A DNA stretch of 64,000 nucleotides from contig OZ024759.1 in NCBI GenBank assembly GCA_964016885.1, positions 16,678,001 to 16,742,000 of the forward strand, written 5' to 3'. Shown piece by piece: positions 1 to 13,044 of the stretch. The first letter of the stretch is position 1. The number at the start of each line of letters is the position of its first letter. Below the pieces are notes generated by a model that saw only the letters and a program-made list of their open reading frames with translations, was not told where the DNA came from and did not search any database. The position numbers and the translations under genes were made by a program. This stretch comes from Eledone cirrhosa. Its lineage: Eukaryota.

Positions 1-51
1 CCCCTCCCTACAAAAAAGATTATCACGCCATTTTTCATTTGTCTCTTCTAG

Positions 52-225
52 AACTACTTTCACTATTTGTGGAACAAGAAAATATCAAACACCAGTACAA
101 AAACAAGTTGGTGGGTTATGTACTTAATGGTTACCTGTGTCTTAGGAAGTTAGTTGTACAAAGAACCAAATTGATTGATGAAACTCAAGACAAGCTTCTT
201 GAACTTCTTGAAGAACTCACCACTG
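52..225 (+). CDS. UBR4: UBR4 coding exon (ELLSLFVEQ...LLEELTT)
   Basis: ctag acceptor at 48-51, gtaag donor at 226; LRKLVVQRTKLIDETQD. Confidence 0.93.
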
Positions 226-527
226 GTAAGTTATACTGTTATTTGGTGTGTGTGTGTGTGTGGCCACACATGAGGTTAGGGTGTTGGACACATGATCGGA
301 ATATCATGAGCTTGATTCCTCAACTGGTGAGTTACAGAAATATATGATCACATTAACCTAGTGGATAGGGTGTTGAGCTCATGACAAGAATGTTATGAGT
401 TTGATTCCCCGATTGGTAAGTTATACAATAAAAGCACCCTGTACATGCGCTAAAGTGGTTGGTGTTAGAAAGGACATCCAGCCATAGAAGGGTTGCCAAA
501 CAAGGGATTAGGAGGATCCTTCAGTTT

Positions 528-1500
528 GTACACCAGCACTACCACTTTTCAGAGTGTACTGGGTGTGTTTTATCATGACACCAGCACTACCACTTTTCAG
601 AGTGTACTGGCTGTGTTTTTTTGTGACACCAGCTCTACCATTTTACAGAGTGTACTCGGTGTGTTTTATCATGACACCAGCACTACTACTTTTCAGAGTG
701 TACTGGCTGTGTTTTATCATGACACCAGCACTACTACTTTTCAGAGTGTACTCGGTGTGTTTTATCATGACACCAGCACTACTACTTTTCAGAGTGTACT
801 GGCTGTGTTTTTTTGTGACACCAGCTCTACCATTTTGCAGAGTGTACTCGGTGTGTTTTATCATGACACCAGCGCTACTACTTTTCAGAGTGTACTGGGT
901 GTGTTTATTTGTGACACCAGCTCTACCACTTTACAGAGTGTACTTGGTGTGTTTTATCATGACACCAACACTACCACTTTACAGAGTGTACTGGGTGTAT
1001 TTTATCATGACACCAGCTCTACCACTTTACAGAGTGTACTGGGTGTGTTTTATCATGACACCAGCTCTACCACTTTGCAGAGTGTACTGGGTGTGTTTTA
1101 TCATGACACCAGCTCTACCACTTTACAGAGTGTACTGGGTGTGTTTTATCATGACACCAGCTCTACCACTTTACAGAGTGTACTGGGTGTGTTTTATCAT
1201 GACACCAACACTACCACTTTGCAGAGTGTACTGGGTGTGTTTTATCATGACACCAGCTCTACCACTTTACAGAGTGTACTCAGTGTGTTTTATCGTGACA
1301 CCAGCACTACCACTTTGCAGAGTGTACTGGGTGTGTTTTATCATGACACCAGCTCTACCACTTTACAGAGTGTACTCGGTGTGTTTTATCGTGACACCAG
1401 CACTACCACTTTGCAGAGTGTACTGGGTGTGTTTTATCATGACACCAGCTCTACCACTTTACAGAGTGTACTGGGTGTGTTTTATCAGGACACCAACACT
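528..1500. repeat. 48-bp minisatellite, about 20 copies
   Basis: unit cagagtgtactgggtgtgttttatcatgacaccagcactaccactttt; explains the 364/397-aa ORFs. Confidence 0.95.
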
Positions 1501-1664
1501 AGAAAAGTGGTCACATGTTCATCCACACTTAGGAGTCCTCTCAGACCCTATACTGTTTCGAATCGCCAACACTGTATCCTCTGGTAAACCCACCACTTTA
1601 CATTTATTTTTAATGTGGCAGTTCTTAAAGAATACCACACTACAGACTGGCTGCTTACTATGCA

Positions 1665-2250
1665 GTGTGGAAATGTCTAGGCAGACTAGGATCTGGTGTT
1701 GGATGTGCAAAAGTCAATCTTGCAAAATGGAGATATTTAAAGGATAAGTACATTGTGTATGACTGCAGCATCGAACCACAGACTACACAGCATCTCCTGA
1801 TATGACCCCTGCTGGAACACCCCTGCACAGCATTGGACTTGGCAGAGTTTAATGAGAAAGAACAATGTGTTCAGCTGTGGCAGAACCACATCTAGTCAAT
1901 ATTTGTATCTGACACTCTTGTGGACATAAGAAGAAGTGTAAATTGGATAATATAGTCCTAGATACACTATGTCTGATAGCCACTAATACTAATTACTGTA
2001 CTGTATGTACAAAAGTCAATCTGGTAAAATGGGGCTATTTAAAGGATGGGAACGTTGTGTGTGACTGCGGCATCGAACCACAGACTATGCAGCACCTCCT
2101 GATATCCCCCCTGCTGGAACACACCTGCACAGCATTGGACTGAGTAGAGGTTAATGAGAAAGGACAGCAATGTGTTCAGCTGTGGCAGAACCACATCTAG
2201 CCAAGCTTTGTAACTGACACTGTTGTGGGACACGACAACAAGAAGAAGAA
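1665..2250 (+). mobile_element. two 3' fragments of a non-LTR retrotransposon with CCHC knuckle (Ingi/Vingi-like); further copies at about 26890-27200 and 59845-60065
   Basis: encodes KWGYLKDG..VCDCGIEPQTMQHLL.CPLL; ends in (AAG)n. Confidence 0.7.
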
Positions 2251-2321
2251 CCTAAAAAATACCATACTACAGACAGGCTGTTTACTTTTCTCTGATTGTC
2301 TTTCTTTCTTTCTTTCTGTAG

Positions 2322-2443
2322 GTACAGAATCAGAAACCAAAGAATTCATGGCAGTATGTGTTCAGACAATCAAGAAATACCCTCTTGATGATTACCGATC
2401 CCCAGTGTTCATCTTTGAACGACTCTGCAGTATCATTTATCCA
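2322..2443 (+). CDS. UBR4: UBR4 coding exon (GTESETKEF...SIIYP)
   Basis: tag acceptor, gtaaat donor; DDYRSPVFIFERLCSIIYP. Confidence 0.95.
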
Positions 2444-3511
2444 GTAAATATCTCATACATACATTTCTTTCTTTCTATATTTCTTTCTTTCCAAATGTGC
2501 AAGCATTCAGTTGTGTTGTAATTGAGGAATTTTATTGGCTTCACTCTTAACATCATGTTCCTCATGGAAATCTTTCCAAACAAAGGGTTGGGAGGAGCCT
2601 TCAGTTGTGTCAAAAACATGACAGCCTCTCCTGTGCACTTTGTAGAAAGTGAGACCATACATAGGCAAGACAACAGATCCCTGGCTTAGTCCACCCCATC
2701 CCTGGCTTATTCCACCCCCTCCCTGGCTTATTCCACCCCCTCCCCGGCTTATTCCAACCCCCTCCCCGGCTTATTCCAACCCCCTCCTTATTCCAACTCT
2801 CTGCTTATTCCTACCCCCTCCTATTATTTGGGATCCAAGAGTAGCTAAAAAGAAACAGGTTTGTTAATTCAAATGTTCATAGTGTCTTTCTTTATAGATT
2901 ATCTGCAATATTAGAGGAAAGACTTTAATTTTTAATGTGATGCAGTCATAGTATTGTTTTTTACTTTTTAAGAATTTCTGGTTAATGTGGTTCCATGTGG
3001 TAATAGGTGAAATGCAAATAATGTTTGATCGATCGAATCAATCAATCAAGATCCCGGTCCCCTTTCGCTTACCAAGTGGAGTGGAATTTGTCAAATTGGA
3101 CCAAGTAAACAATGTTTCCATTGGTCTTTCCATTGTTAATGCTATCTACTGGTCACAACTCCTGGCAGATGATATTACTTAAGATAAAATACTGGATTTT
3201 ACTCTTCTGTTCTTGATGGTCATCATCATTATTGTTGCTGTTGTTGTTGTTGTCATTTCAGTTTCCACCTGTGTAGGTTTAGCTACCGTTTCTATGTATT
3301 ATAAGTTTGGAATGTGTGAGCAAGGCATTGTGATCTGACTGTGTCTTGTTCCAGACCATGGCAACCTTGTCCAACCCATGCCAACATGGAAAAAATGAAC
3401 ATTAAATAATAATAAATGATAGATAATTTGAATTTAGAAATTTAAGGGTTTTTTTGTTTTTTTTAAATTAATTTTATTTAAAAATTCTTTTTTTAAATTT
3501 TTTTATTTTAG

Positions 3512-3665
3512 GAAGAAAATGATGTGGGGGAGTTCTTTATGATCTTAGAGAAGGAACCCCAACAAGAGGACTTTCTCCAAGGAAGAATGCTGGGAAATCC
3601 ATACAGTTCCAATGAGCCAGGTCTTGGACCACTCATGAGAGATGTTAAAAACAAAATTTGTCAAG
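3512..3665 (+). CDS. UBR4: UBR4 coding exon (EENDVGEFF...KNKICQ)
   Basis: [36 protein letters not shown]; AG/GT bounded. Confidence 0.95.
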
Positions 3666-4338
3666 GTATTTATTTATCATATATTTTACTGTAAAATGTT
3701 ATACTTGTAATATTGATAAATATATATATATATATATATATACAGATAAATCTACCAATCAATGGTAGGGTCTAAACCGTATGAAGAACTCAATGTAATC
3801 CATATGTAGATGTCGTGAAGCAAAGTTTAAAATACAAAATTTTCAACGATATAATTCAATTGGATACAGATATTTTACGATCGTTTCTGGGGGTAGTTCC
3901 CTGTATGTTCATTCAATTATGAATTAACAGTTTTGTGTTTAATTTCATTGTTTTAATATTTATATATATATATATATATATAGTTCAAGGAGACAACAGA
4001 GGTACAAAAAGTCTTATTAGTTTCACGCTTTATATTGGAAAGAAGAAAAAAGTTTGACGTGTCGGGCTTAAATCCTTTTTCAGGAGTACAAAGTAGAGAC
4101 GGGATCGCAATGAGGAAACAGGAAAAAGGTCCAGTAAAGATACAAAAAAAAAGAAAAGGAAAATATATATGTGTGTTTCTGTGTGTATATATATATATGT
4201 GTGTAGCTGTGTGTATATATGTATGTGTGTGTATGTATATGTGTGTGTGTATATGTGTGTGTGTATATATGTGTGTGTGTGTGTGTGTGTGCATGAGAGA
4301 TTCTATACATGAAATAAACTTTCTTCTTATTTTTTTAG

Positions 4339-4382
4339 ATTGTGAATTGGTTGCACTCTTAGAAGACGACACCGGCATGGAG
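4339..4382 (+). CDS. UBR4: UBR4 coding exon (DCELVALLEDDTGME)
   Basis: ttttag acceptor, gtaag donor, phase 1 to 0. Confidence 0.93.
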
Positions 4383-4517
4383 GTAAGATATTGTTTGACT
4401 AATCTTGCCTCAAGTGGAACAAACCCGTCCAACCCATGCTAGTGTGGAAGATGGACATTAAACGATGATAATGATATATATAGCGTTAAATTGTTTTTTT
4501 TTTGTTTCCTTTTTTAG

Positions 4518-4601
4518 TTATTGGTGAACAAGAAAATAATCAGCTTAGATCTGCCAGTGAAAGAAGTTTACAAGAAGATTTGGGCCCCTGAACATGGAGA
4601 T
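4518..4601 (+). CDS. UBR4: UBR4 coding exon ([22 protein letters not shown]...)
   Basis: AG/GT bounded; matches UBR4 [14 protein letters not shown]. Confidence 0.93.
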
Positions 4602-5170
4602 GTAAGGGCTATTTTCTGTTGTTTGTCTTTGATATTTTCTTCAAATGTTTATTATTAATTCTAAGTAATTGTTAACTAATATCCACACATGTATTTCTAT
4701 TTTTGTGGACATTCTAGAAATATAAAACACATTATTCCAATCTATTCAGTTGGAAATATGGGGGAATTAAACCTGTGATAGACTAGTGTCCTCGCCAGGG
4801 AAAAGGGGTCTCTCAGAAATTGTACCACCACCACCAGCTACTTGGAGAGTTAAAGCTGTGATAGACTGGTGTCTTGTTCAGGGAAGAGGGGTCTCTCAGC
4901 TGGGAAAATGAGTACCACCACCACCACCACCACCAGCTGCTGAGGGAGTTAAACCTGTGATAGACTGGTGTCCTGTCCAGGAGAACTCTCAGCTGGGAAA
5001 ATGAGTGGCAATTGCAGCAACTGTAGGTTAATCCTTCAATGGACTGGCATCTTGTCCAGGGAAGAGTTTTGTACTCGGTCATTTAATGCCAATAAAATTG
5101 GGATAGACTCTAGCTTGATCAGCCACTTGGCTTGGGACAGACTTTAAACCTTCCATTCATTCTTTAGAAA

Positions 5171-5376
5171 TTAACCCTTTAGCATTTACATTACTCTATA
5201 TTTACTATTATGGTTTTGTGGTAAACACATAATATCAAATCTACGAGATTTTGATATTATTTATTTTGAGAACAATACCTTGACATAAGTATGAGCAGCC
5301 AGTTATGGCCGGTTTGAACAGAAAGAGGCGAGAGAATTCTGGTCGGATATGGCCGGTTTAAATGCTAAAGGGTTAA
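5171..5376. mobile_element. about 205-bp TTAA-flanked MITE (piggyBac-like); other copies at about 13757-13968, 14198-14413, 31621-31833, 35875-36090, 43335-43563, 53122-53345, 57517-57730, 62696-62921 plus fragments
   Basis: terminal inverted repeat TTAACCCTTTAGCATTTA ... TAAATGCTAAAGGGTTAA. Confidence 0.85.
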
Positions 5377-5508
5377 ACCTTTAATTCATTCTTTAGAAGT
5401 TAAACGTTTACAATCTTTGTTACACTGAGAAATAAATAACATGCCATAATTATAATTAACAATATAACATTATTATAATTATTAATAATCTTAATTAATT
5501 TTCTATAG

Positions 5509-5596
5509 GGTGAACCAATGCCAATAGTATATCGTATGAGAGGATTGCTTGGTGATGCTACTGAAGACATGGTAAATTCTTTAGACACAAGTACAG
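5509..5596 (+). CDS. UBR4: UBR4 coding exon (GEPMPIVYRMRGLLGDATED...)
   Basis: AG/GT bounded; conserved YRMRGLLGDATE. Confidence 0.94.
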
Positions 5597-6166
5597 GTAA
5601 CTAATTTCTTTTACCTTTGGTCATTAATTTGTCTTTTTACCATTTAATGTCTGTTTTCCCAGCCAGTATGGGTTTGACGAGTCTCTTTGGGAAGCTCTCT
5701 ATGGCTGGATGCCCTTCCAAGAGATGAAAGTAACTGGTTGAGACGAATAGAGCCAGTAACGAATGTTGTGAATATAAATGGAATGAGATGGATGGGTCAT
5801 GTGTTGAGGAAGGATGAAAGTGAGTGAGTGGGAGGAATAGAGACGGTAATGAATGTTGTGGAATGAGATGATTGAGGAAGGATGAAAGCAGGTGAGGGGA
5901 GTGATTGAGGTTAGTGTAAAAGTAAGTAGAGAGTAAGACAAAGAAAGTTCTGGTTAAGAATGATGGAGGGGGAAATGAAAATCTGGGGGTTTGGTCAGAC
6001 AAGATGCAAAATAGGTGTGAGCTGTATCAACAACATACAGATATGTGTATAATAATAGGACTGGGTCTCCTATCATTAAAATGCCAAAGAAACCTCCTAT
6101 GAGGAGGCCAGCTAAACCTACATAGGTGTGAGTTATACATTTCTGGGGTTTATTTTCTATTTCTAG

Positions 6167-6248
6167 ATGAAGATGTTGATAAGGAAGAAGTCTATAAAAT
6201 GGCAACTGTACTTGGGGAATGTGGAGGTCTGGAAGTTATGCTTCAAAG
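6167..6248 (+). CDS. UBR4: UBR4 coding exon (DEDVDKEEVYKMA...LQ)
   Basis: AG/GT bounded; EEVYKMA..CGGLE. Confidence 0.92.
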
Positions 6249-6764
6249 GTTTGTATCTTTAACCAATTTCTTACCATATTTCTAATAAAAGACACTCTTT
6301 GTATTTTAAATAGTTTTTAAAATGATAAAAGAATTTGGATGGATTTAGTAATGGAACAAACTTTCTCATTTGGTATATAGACAGTAACTTAACATAGGGT
6401 TCTTACATAAAATTGTTGGAAGATTTTAATTTAATCCTTTTGTGACTGTATTTCTAATGAAATACACTCTATTTCAATTATTTAATGAAGAGTTTAGGGG
6501 GATTTACTAAATCATTATTTCATTACTAAGACAGTAACTTGACATATGGTTCTTAGATTATATTGGAAGATTTGATTTTATCACTTTTAATGAATTACAC
6601 TCTTTTTTTTAAATTAATTATTGAAGAATTTTGAGGGATTTACTGACATTATTATTTCATTATTAAGATTCATATAAATTTACATAGCATTGTAATTTCA
6701 TTTTTTTGAAAATTCTAAATTTAAAAATTGTGAAATTTTCTTTTATTGTTATAATTTTCTCCAG

Positions 6765-6918
6765 GCTAGGAACCATCAAAGATTTGGTGTTAGGTAAACA
6801 GCTGATGATGGTACTGCTTAAGTTATTTAGTTATGCAGTAAATGTGAAAGCCAACAGACTACAACTTATAAAACCTGAAATGAATACAACCAGTATCATG
6901 CTAGGTGGCCTCAACTTG
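6765..6918 (+). CDS. UBR4: UBR4 coding exon (LGTIKDL...GGLNL)
   Basis: ccag acceptor, gtaaat donor; LLKLFSY..VKANR. Confidence 0.93.
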
Positions 6919-7734
6919 GTAAATATACAAATTAATTTTTATTTTTCTATTCCATCTATTCATCCCAATCATAAATTTTTTCTCCATGTAGTAAAAGGGT
7001 TGCAGTCAGGTGAGGAAGGGCATCTGATTGTAAAATGTTGTCTGAAACCACCCATTCCAAAACCATGCCAGCATGGAAATGTGACATAAAAATGATAAAG
7101 ATGACATTCATAATTTTTTTTTTATTAGATGCCCTTCCTTATACCAAATGCTTTACAGCATGATCTGAGTACATTTTACCGTCCCACAAGCACTTGGAAG
7201 ATTGTCTGTCAGGACTTAAGGGTCCTATACACTGTTAGCCACTTATTTTCTGTTTTTAAGAGTATTTTACCTGATTTCCTAATGCTATTATCATTATCAT
7301 TGTAGTGATTCTGTGTTTGGATTCAACATTTTTAAATTTCAAATCATCAAAGCACCTCAATAAATTGTAAGGTTATATATATATACTAGGATTTTTTCCA
7401 TACGCTGACATATGTATATATGTGTGTGCATGTATGTATGTGCATATGCATACATTTATATGTATGAGTATATAAATATAAACACGCAAACACAGACACA
7501 CTCACAGACATACATTTACACAAACACATACACACATACACAGCATAACAAATGGAACGCCAGCCGCTATTTTGCTAGAGATTTTTCACCACTCCCTTCC
7601 TTCCTTTTACACACACACACACACACATACATACATTCACGCAGGCAGCAGACATAAAGAGAGGAGTAGTATGAGGTAGTCAAACTACTCCTCTCTCTTT
7701 ACGTGTTGTGACAGAATCACAGAAATTTATATAT

Positions 7735-8078
7735 GGCACATGGCTTAGTGATTAGAGCATTGGCCTTGCAATTGAAAGGTTGTGAGTTCAATTCTCAGAC
7801 CGGGTGATGTGTTGTTTCCTTGAGCAAGACACTTTATTTCACATTGCTCCAGTTTACTCAGCTGTAGAAATGAGATGATAGGGACTGGGATCCCTATCAT
7901 TCCACTGCAAAGTGGTCGTGGAGGTGCCACGGCAAAAAAGCACCCAGCACTCACTGTAAATGAGGTTGGTGTTAGGAAGGGCATCCAGCTGTAGAAATCA
8001 AGCCAGAATCAGTTCCCGTCCCACCCTTGCAAGCAGGGAAAAGTGGACATAAAATGAAATGATGAAATGAAATGATGA
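7735..8078 (+). mobile_element. tRNA-derived SINE with (TGA)n tail; other copies at about 40992-41425(+), 51240-51525(-), 53893-54243(-), 55800-56120(-), 61340-61683(-)
   Basis: A-box TGGCTTAGTG, B-box GAGTTCAATTC, CCTTGAGCAAGACACTT core, LINE-like tail. Confidence 0.8.
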
Positions 8079-8193
8079 TATATGTGTGTGTGTGTGTGTG
8101 TGTGTTACGTAATTCCATAGGAAAAGCAAAGGAAAAAAGAGTGCATAGAACAGATCTATTTAATTAGAGAGTGAACAACACAAAATATAACTA

Positions 8194-8260
8194 CTCCATT
8201 ACCAAAGGTTTCTGGATTACAGACGATAATAATATACGTCTGGATCGGTCGTCAGATAGA
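8194..8260 (-). ncRNA. hammerhead-like motif with long stem II in a foldback element
   Basis: minus strand TCTAT-CTGACGA-...CAGACG loop CGTCTG...-GAAACC ttt GGTA-ATGGA; base of stem II is mismatched. Confidence 0.45.
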
Positions 8261-8342
8261 TAACATCTCTATCTGACAACCGATCCAGACATATATATTA
8301 TTATCGACTGTAATCCAGAAACCTTGTTCACTCTCTAATTAT

Positions 8343-8391
<49 letters not shown>

Positions 8392-8399
8392 TATTTTAG

Positions 8400-8525
8400 G
8401 CTTTATGGTCTGAACAAGAAATTGGCATCAGTGGCAGCAAAGGACAAAGTATTACAGAGCAGGTGTTACAGATAATGGAAGTTATTTTAATGGAAGCCAG
8501 CTGTCAGCCCACTGATGAATATAGG
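8400..8525 (+). CDS. UBR4: UBR4 coding exon (ALWSEQE...TDEYR)
   Basis: AG/GT bounded; EQVLQIMEVIL aligns with UBR4 EQVLSIMEIIL. Confidence 0.9.
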
Positions 8526-8874
8526 GTAAGAAATTAGAGAGAGAAACTCCTATTTTGTTATTTCTAAGATTTGAGGCAGAGTTGGTGAGAGTGGGTCTTG
8601 AAATACTGAACCTCGCGAAGGAGATGGTGAAGAAGGAATGCATACAGGTGGAAGGGTGCTGTGTTGGAAAAGACCCGTCCAACCCATGCAATCATGGGAA
8701 AATGGATGGACATTAAAAGGATGATGATGATGATGATTTATAATCATTGTTATTTCCATTTACAGCAGAGTACGAAACTTCATTAACATATTGCCTCCAT
8801 TTATTCATGTTCAGGGAGAACGGGAAGAATGGGAAGGACACTGGTAGTTGCACGGTCGTGGTGATAAAGATGGG

Positions 8875-9135
8875 TCAGTGGAGAGCTTTGGTGCAATTGT
8901 TCATGGTCCCCGACCCTCAGTAAGGGAGAGTTGAGTCCTGCTCAGGGAGAGGAACCTGTGGAGAGCGTTGGTGCAATTGTTCATGGTCCCCGACCCTCAG
9001 TAAGGGAGAGGAACCAGTGGAGAGCTATGGTGCAATTGCTCATGGTCCCCAACCCTCAGTAAGGGAGAGTTGAGTCCTGCTAAGGGAGAGGAACCAGTGG
9101 AGAGCTTTGGTGCAATTGCTCATGGTCCCCGACAA
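8875..9135. repeat. degenerate tandem repeat, 60-80 bp units, 4 copies
   Basis: gtggagagctttggtgcaattgttcatggtccccgaccctcagtaagggagag repeated. Confidence 0.8.
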
Positions 9136-9759
9136 CCTGAATATCCCTATTTATTACAAGTTCTATCCCTGATTGACATTGAGACCATTTTAAAATCTGC
9201 TCTCTCTCTCCATCTACCATTTGGGGTGTCCTTGGGGTCCCCAAGTATCATATATATCCTCCAACTAAATTTTAGAGGGACCAGAAGTGGCCAAACAGTG
9301 AGAAAGAGATACTTTTAATTTGAATTAACCGTAAAGACAAACTTCTTTTTTATCATATATATGTATATAGTTGAAAAGGAATAAACAATACACAGGAGGA
9401 GGCAATTGTACACAGTTATATTAGGTTCGCGCTTGGTGGAAATGGAGGAGGTTTCAACATTTCAGACAGAAATCCTTCATCAGGACAGTTCTGATAGGGG
9501 GAGAAGAGAAACTCCGAGGAGGAGTAAGGGAGGGTTAAAGAGGGAAGTTAAAAAGTAAAAAAACAGAAAATGGAAAAATAGTGTGTGTGTTTATATATGT
9601 TTGCGGTGTCGAGATTGAGGAGATCACAAATCAGGGTAGTACTCTATGCATGGGAAGAAGCAGAGTAGGTATAAAGGAAGGTAAAAATCCAACTAGAACA
9701 CCTAGTAATTTGGGTTTGTATTCAGCAAACCTTTTCAAGAGTGTACACACATACACATG

Positions 9760-9790
<31 letters not shown>

Positions 9791-9812
9791 TTTTTTTTTT
9801 TCCTTTTGTCAG

Positions 9813-10003
9813 AAATTTTCTAAACTTTGTGGTGACAAGGACCAACTTATGTTACTACTCGACCGAATTAACAGCCCATTTGTGAGAGCCAACTCTAGTG
9901 TACTCCAGGCTCTCATGAAGCTTATTCCATTCTTGGCATTTGGTGACGAAGATAAAATGCTAGCTCTGATTAACCACTTTAAACCTTATCTAGATTTTAA
10001 CAA
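9813..10003 (+). CDS. UBR4: UBR4 coding exon (KFSKLCGDKDQL...DFNK)
   Basis: GDKDQLMLLLDRINSPFVR; AG/GT bounded. Confidence 0.94.
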
Positions 10004-11677
10004 GTAAGTAATCATTTAATTATTCTTAATGTTTGTCTCAGATCAAAATAATCTTCTTTTTCTTTTATTCAACAGGTAACAAATCCGAAGAATTTTATAT
10101 TCACTAAAAAAATGTTTCCATACGCTGACGCGTATGTGTGTATGTGCATATGCATACATTTATATGTATGAGTATATAAATATAAACACGCAAACACAGA
10201 CACACTTACAAAACCTTCCTTCCTTTCACACATACATACATACATTCACGCAGGCAGCAGATGTAAAGAGAGAGGATTAGTATGAGGTAGTCAAACTACT
10301 CCTCTCTCTTTACGTGTTGTGACAGAATCGTATTCCACAGCTAAATTAGAAATGTTACCAAAGTTTCAAATTACATGGCTTAACCCTTTTGATATTAAGA
10401 ATTTGGAGAGATTTAATGATAAAACTACCTTTAACATCATAACTTAACAATGTTCTTCTATAAAATTATGAATGAAGGTTTTTAGATGAATATAAAGTAC
10501 CCAGTATTCTTTGGTAGATGGTTGTTTTGGTGCAACAATAAACAGCACCCAGTTTACACTGTAAAGTGGGGGATGTTAGGAAGGTCATCTAGCCATAGAA
10601 ACCAAGCCAGAGACAGATCCATATGAGCAAAACACTATCACCTGACCTGACTTGTCTCACAACGGGACAACCTGTCTAACCCATACAAGCATGGAAAATA
10701 GATGTTAAACTGATGATGATGATAAAGTTTTGAATCATTGAGCCAGGAGTTGTTTCATGTAGTTTAAGCATCATAAGACACCATCATGTTCAAAACTGCC
10801 TCTGATTCTATGGAAAAACTCGTTTTAAAGGGTTCCTACTTAAATGTAAATCTTCCAACCTGATTTTATACAAGATCGTTTTAAGTTACATAATAAATAT
10901 CGTCTTAGTAGTGAAATAATTACTTTATATACTGGAATATATGACTAAATAATCAATAGTAGAAGAGGGATCACCTTATATTTTTCACCAACTTTAAATT
11001 CTACATAAATAAAGGTTGCACTTTTTCCCATTTTTCAGGCATAAAATAGTGAGGTTGGGTTATATTTGGGGTCAATATTTTGACAATTTTCATCAACTTC
11101 AAATTCTACGTAAATATGGTTTGGATTTTTGTCCATTTCTCAGACATGAAATACTGGGGTTGGCTTATATTCGAGTATATACTGTAATAATTTTAGTAAA
11201 TCCCTCCGAATTCTTGATTAATGAAATTAAATAACATTCTAATAGGTTCCTATTTAAATTAACATGGAGAGGGCTGGGCTCTGCCTTGCTTAGAGTACCC
11301 AAGAAACGCTGTATACCACAATGGCACACCCGCGACTCCATCAGGAGTTACAGAACCATCCCATACAATTTAAACGGATGGTTGGATAACATCTACGAGC
11401 TCAGTTGGTCTGATCAATTGGAGACAGCTGCCTCTGACAGGACCTCCCTCTCAGGAATATGTGGACGACGACGAAGAAGAAGAAACATACAATATACACA
11501 TGAATACGTATACTTCTGTCTGTACAGAGATTGTTAAATTTCTTGCTCTTACACTTGTATGATATTTAAAATAAAAGGTTGCTGTTCAGTTTTGTATTAA
11601 TTTAATGTTGTTGCTCTTTTAAATAAGAGAAGGAAAAAATCATATAATTAAATTTGCAGATATGATTTTGTTTCCAG

Positions 11678-11750
11678 ATTTGACTTTGAGCACAACCAAG
11701 ATGAACAGATACACCTGGAATGCTTCTGTGTCATTGCCAGTGGAATTAAG
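11678..11750 (+). CDS. UBR4: UBR4 coding exon (FDFEHNQDEQIHLECFCVIASGIK)
   Basis: ttccag acceptor, AAG/gtaagt donor. Confidence 0.92.
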
Positions 11751-12135
11751 GTAAGTAATAATACTGTACAGGGGGTTAGTGAGACCAGGGTAAATGGTAG
11801 TGTAAAAGGTATAGTGGGATCATGGTGATAGTGTAATGGCGGCTTGTGGAATTAAGGTAAGTGGTACTGTAAAGGGGGGTAGTGGGACCAGGGTAAGTGG
11901 TAGTGTAAAGGGTATAGTGGGATCATGGTGATAGTGTAATGGCGGCTTGTGGGATTAAGGTAAGTGGTACTGTAAAGGGGGGTAGTGGGATCAGGGTAAG
12001 TGGTAGTGTAAAGGGTATAGTGGGATCATGGTGATAGTGTAATGGAGGGTAATGGGAGTGGGATCATGGTAAGTGTTGCTGTGTAGTGGAGTAGTAGATG
12101 TGGTAATGTAAAGAGAGGTAGTGGTAAGTGGTGTA
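11740..12135. repeat. G-rich tandem repeat of about 103 bp that overlaps an exon end
   Basis: gtggaattaaggtaagt at 11740 and 11846, variant at 11949. Confidence 0.8.
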
Positions 12136-12580
12136 AAGTGTATACATTCATCATCATCAGTATCGCTAGCATCATCACCATCATCATCACTGCCACCATT
12201 TTACATTCACTTTCATGGCATGTGTTGGATGGGTTGTCAGATTACCACATTTTGCTCATACATTCCATTTTGGCAGGGTGTCTATGACTTGATGCCCTTC
12301 TTAACAGCAACCATTTTACAGAGTGTACTGGGTGCATTTTATCATTGCACCATCACTATCATTTTACAGAGTGTACCTGATGTATTTTATCATGGTATCA
12401 GAATTACCACTTTACTGAATGAACTGGGTGCTTTTGGTCATGGCACCAGCACTATTACTTTACAGAGTGAACTCAGTGCTTTTTATTGTGGGCCCCAGCA
12501 CTCCCACATTAGAGGGAATTTATTTTGTATAACCAGTAGTGGGGAACAATATTCTAAATATCTCCATTTTTCTTTTCTAG

Positions 12581-12687
12581 AGCACAGCTAATGGAACCTG
12601 GTTGAAGAATATGATTTTAGAGCATGGTATAGTTAATTCAGCTGTTGATTTCATTTTATCTCATGCTCCTCCAGTGAAGACGTTGGG
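12581..12687 (+). CDS. UBR4: UBR4 coding exon (STANGTWLKNMIL...KTLG)
   Basis: AG/GT bounded; NG..LK.MIL..GI. Confidence 0.9.
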
Positions 12688-13044
12688 GTAAGTAAAGTGT
12701 TGTTGTTGTTAGCATTTTACGTCTGTTGCTCCACGCTTGCATAAGTTGGACTGGTCCTTCTCAGTACAGTATCTCTGCACTTGTTGCATTCCTTTGTCAT
12801 CTCCTCCGTGAGCTTTAGAGATCTGAGATCAGTTCTCGCCATTTCCATTTACAACCAAGTCTTCCTTCATCCTCCTCTACTGCTGCTTCCTTCCACTGGG
12901 ATTATTTGGCACTTGTTCACCCAGCGATTGTCGTCCATGCACATCACATGTCCATACCAATAGTCTCCTCTCCTGCACCCTACTACTGATTCCTCCTGGC
13001 ATGGGTTAGATGGGACTTTTTGTGGCAGTGTTTTACAGCCAGAT

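Noticed and set aside
493-1747. 364-aa and 397-aa ORFs
   Set aside because: Translations of a 48-bp minisatellite inside a UBR4 intron; open only because the unit lacks stops in those frames.
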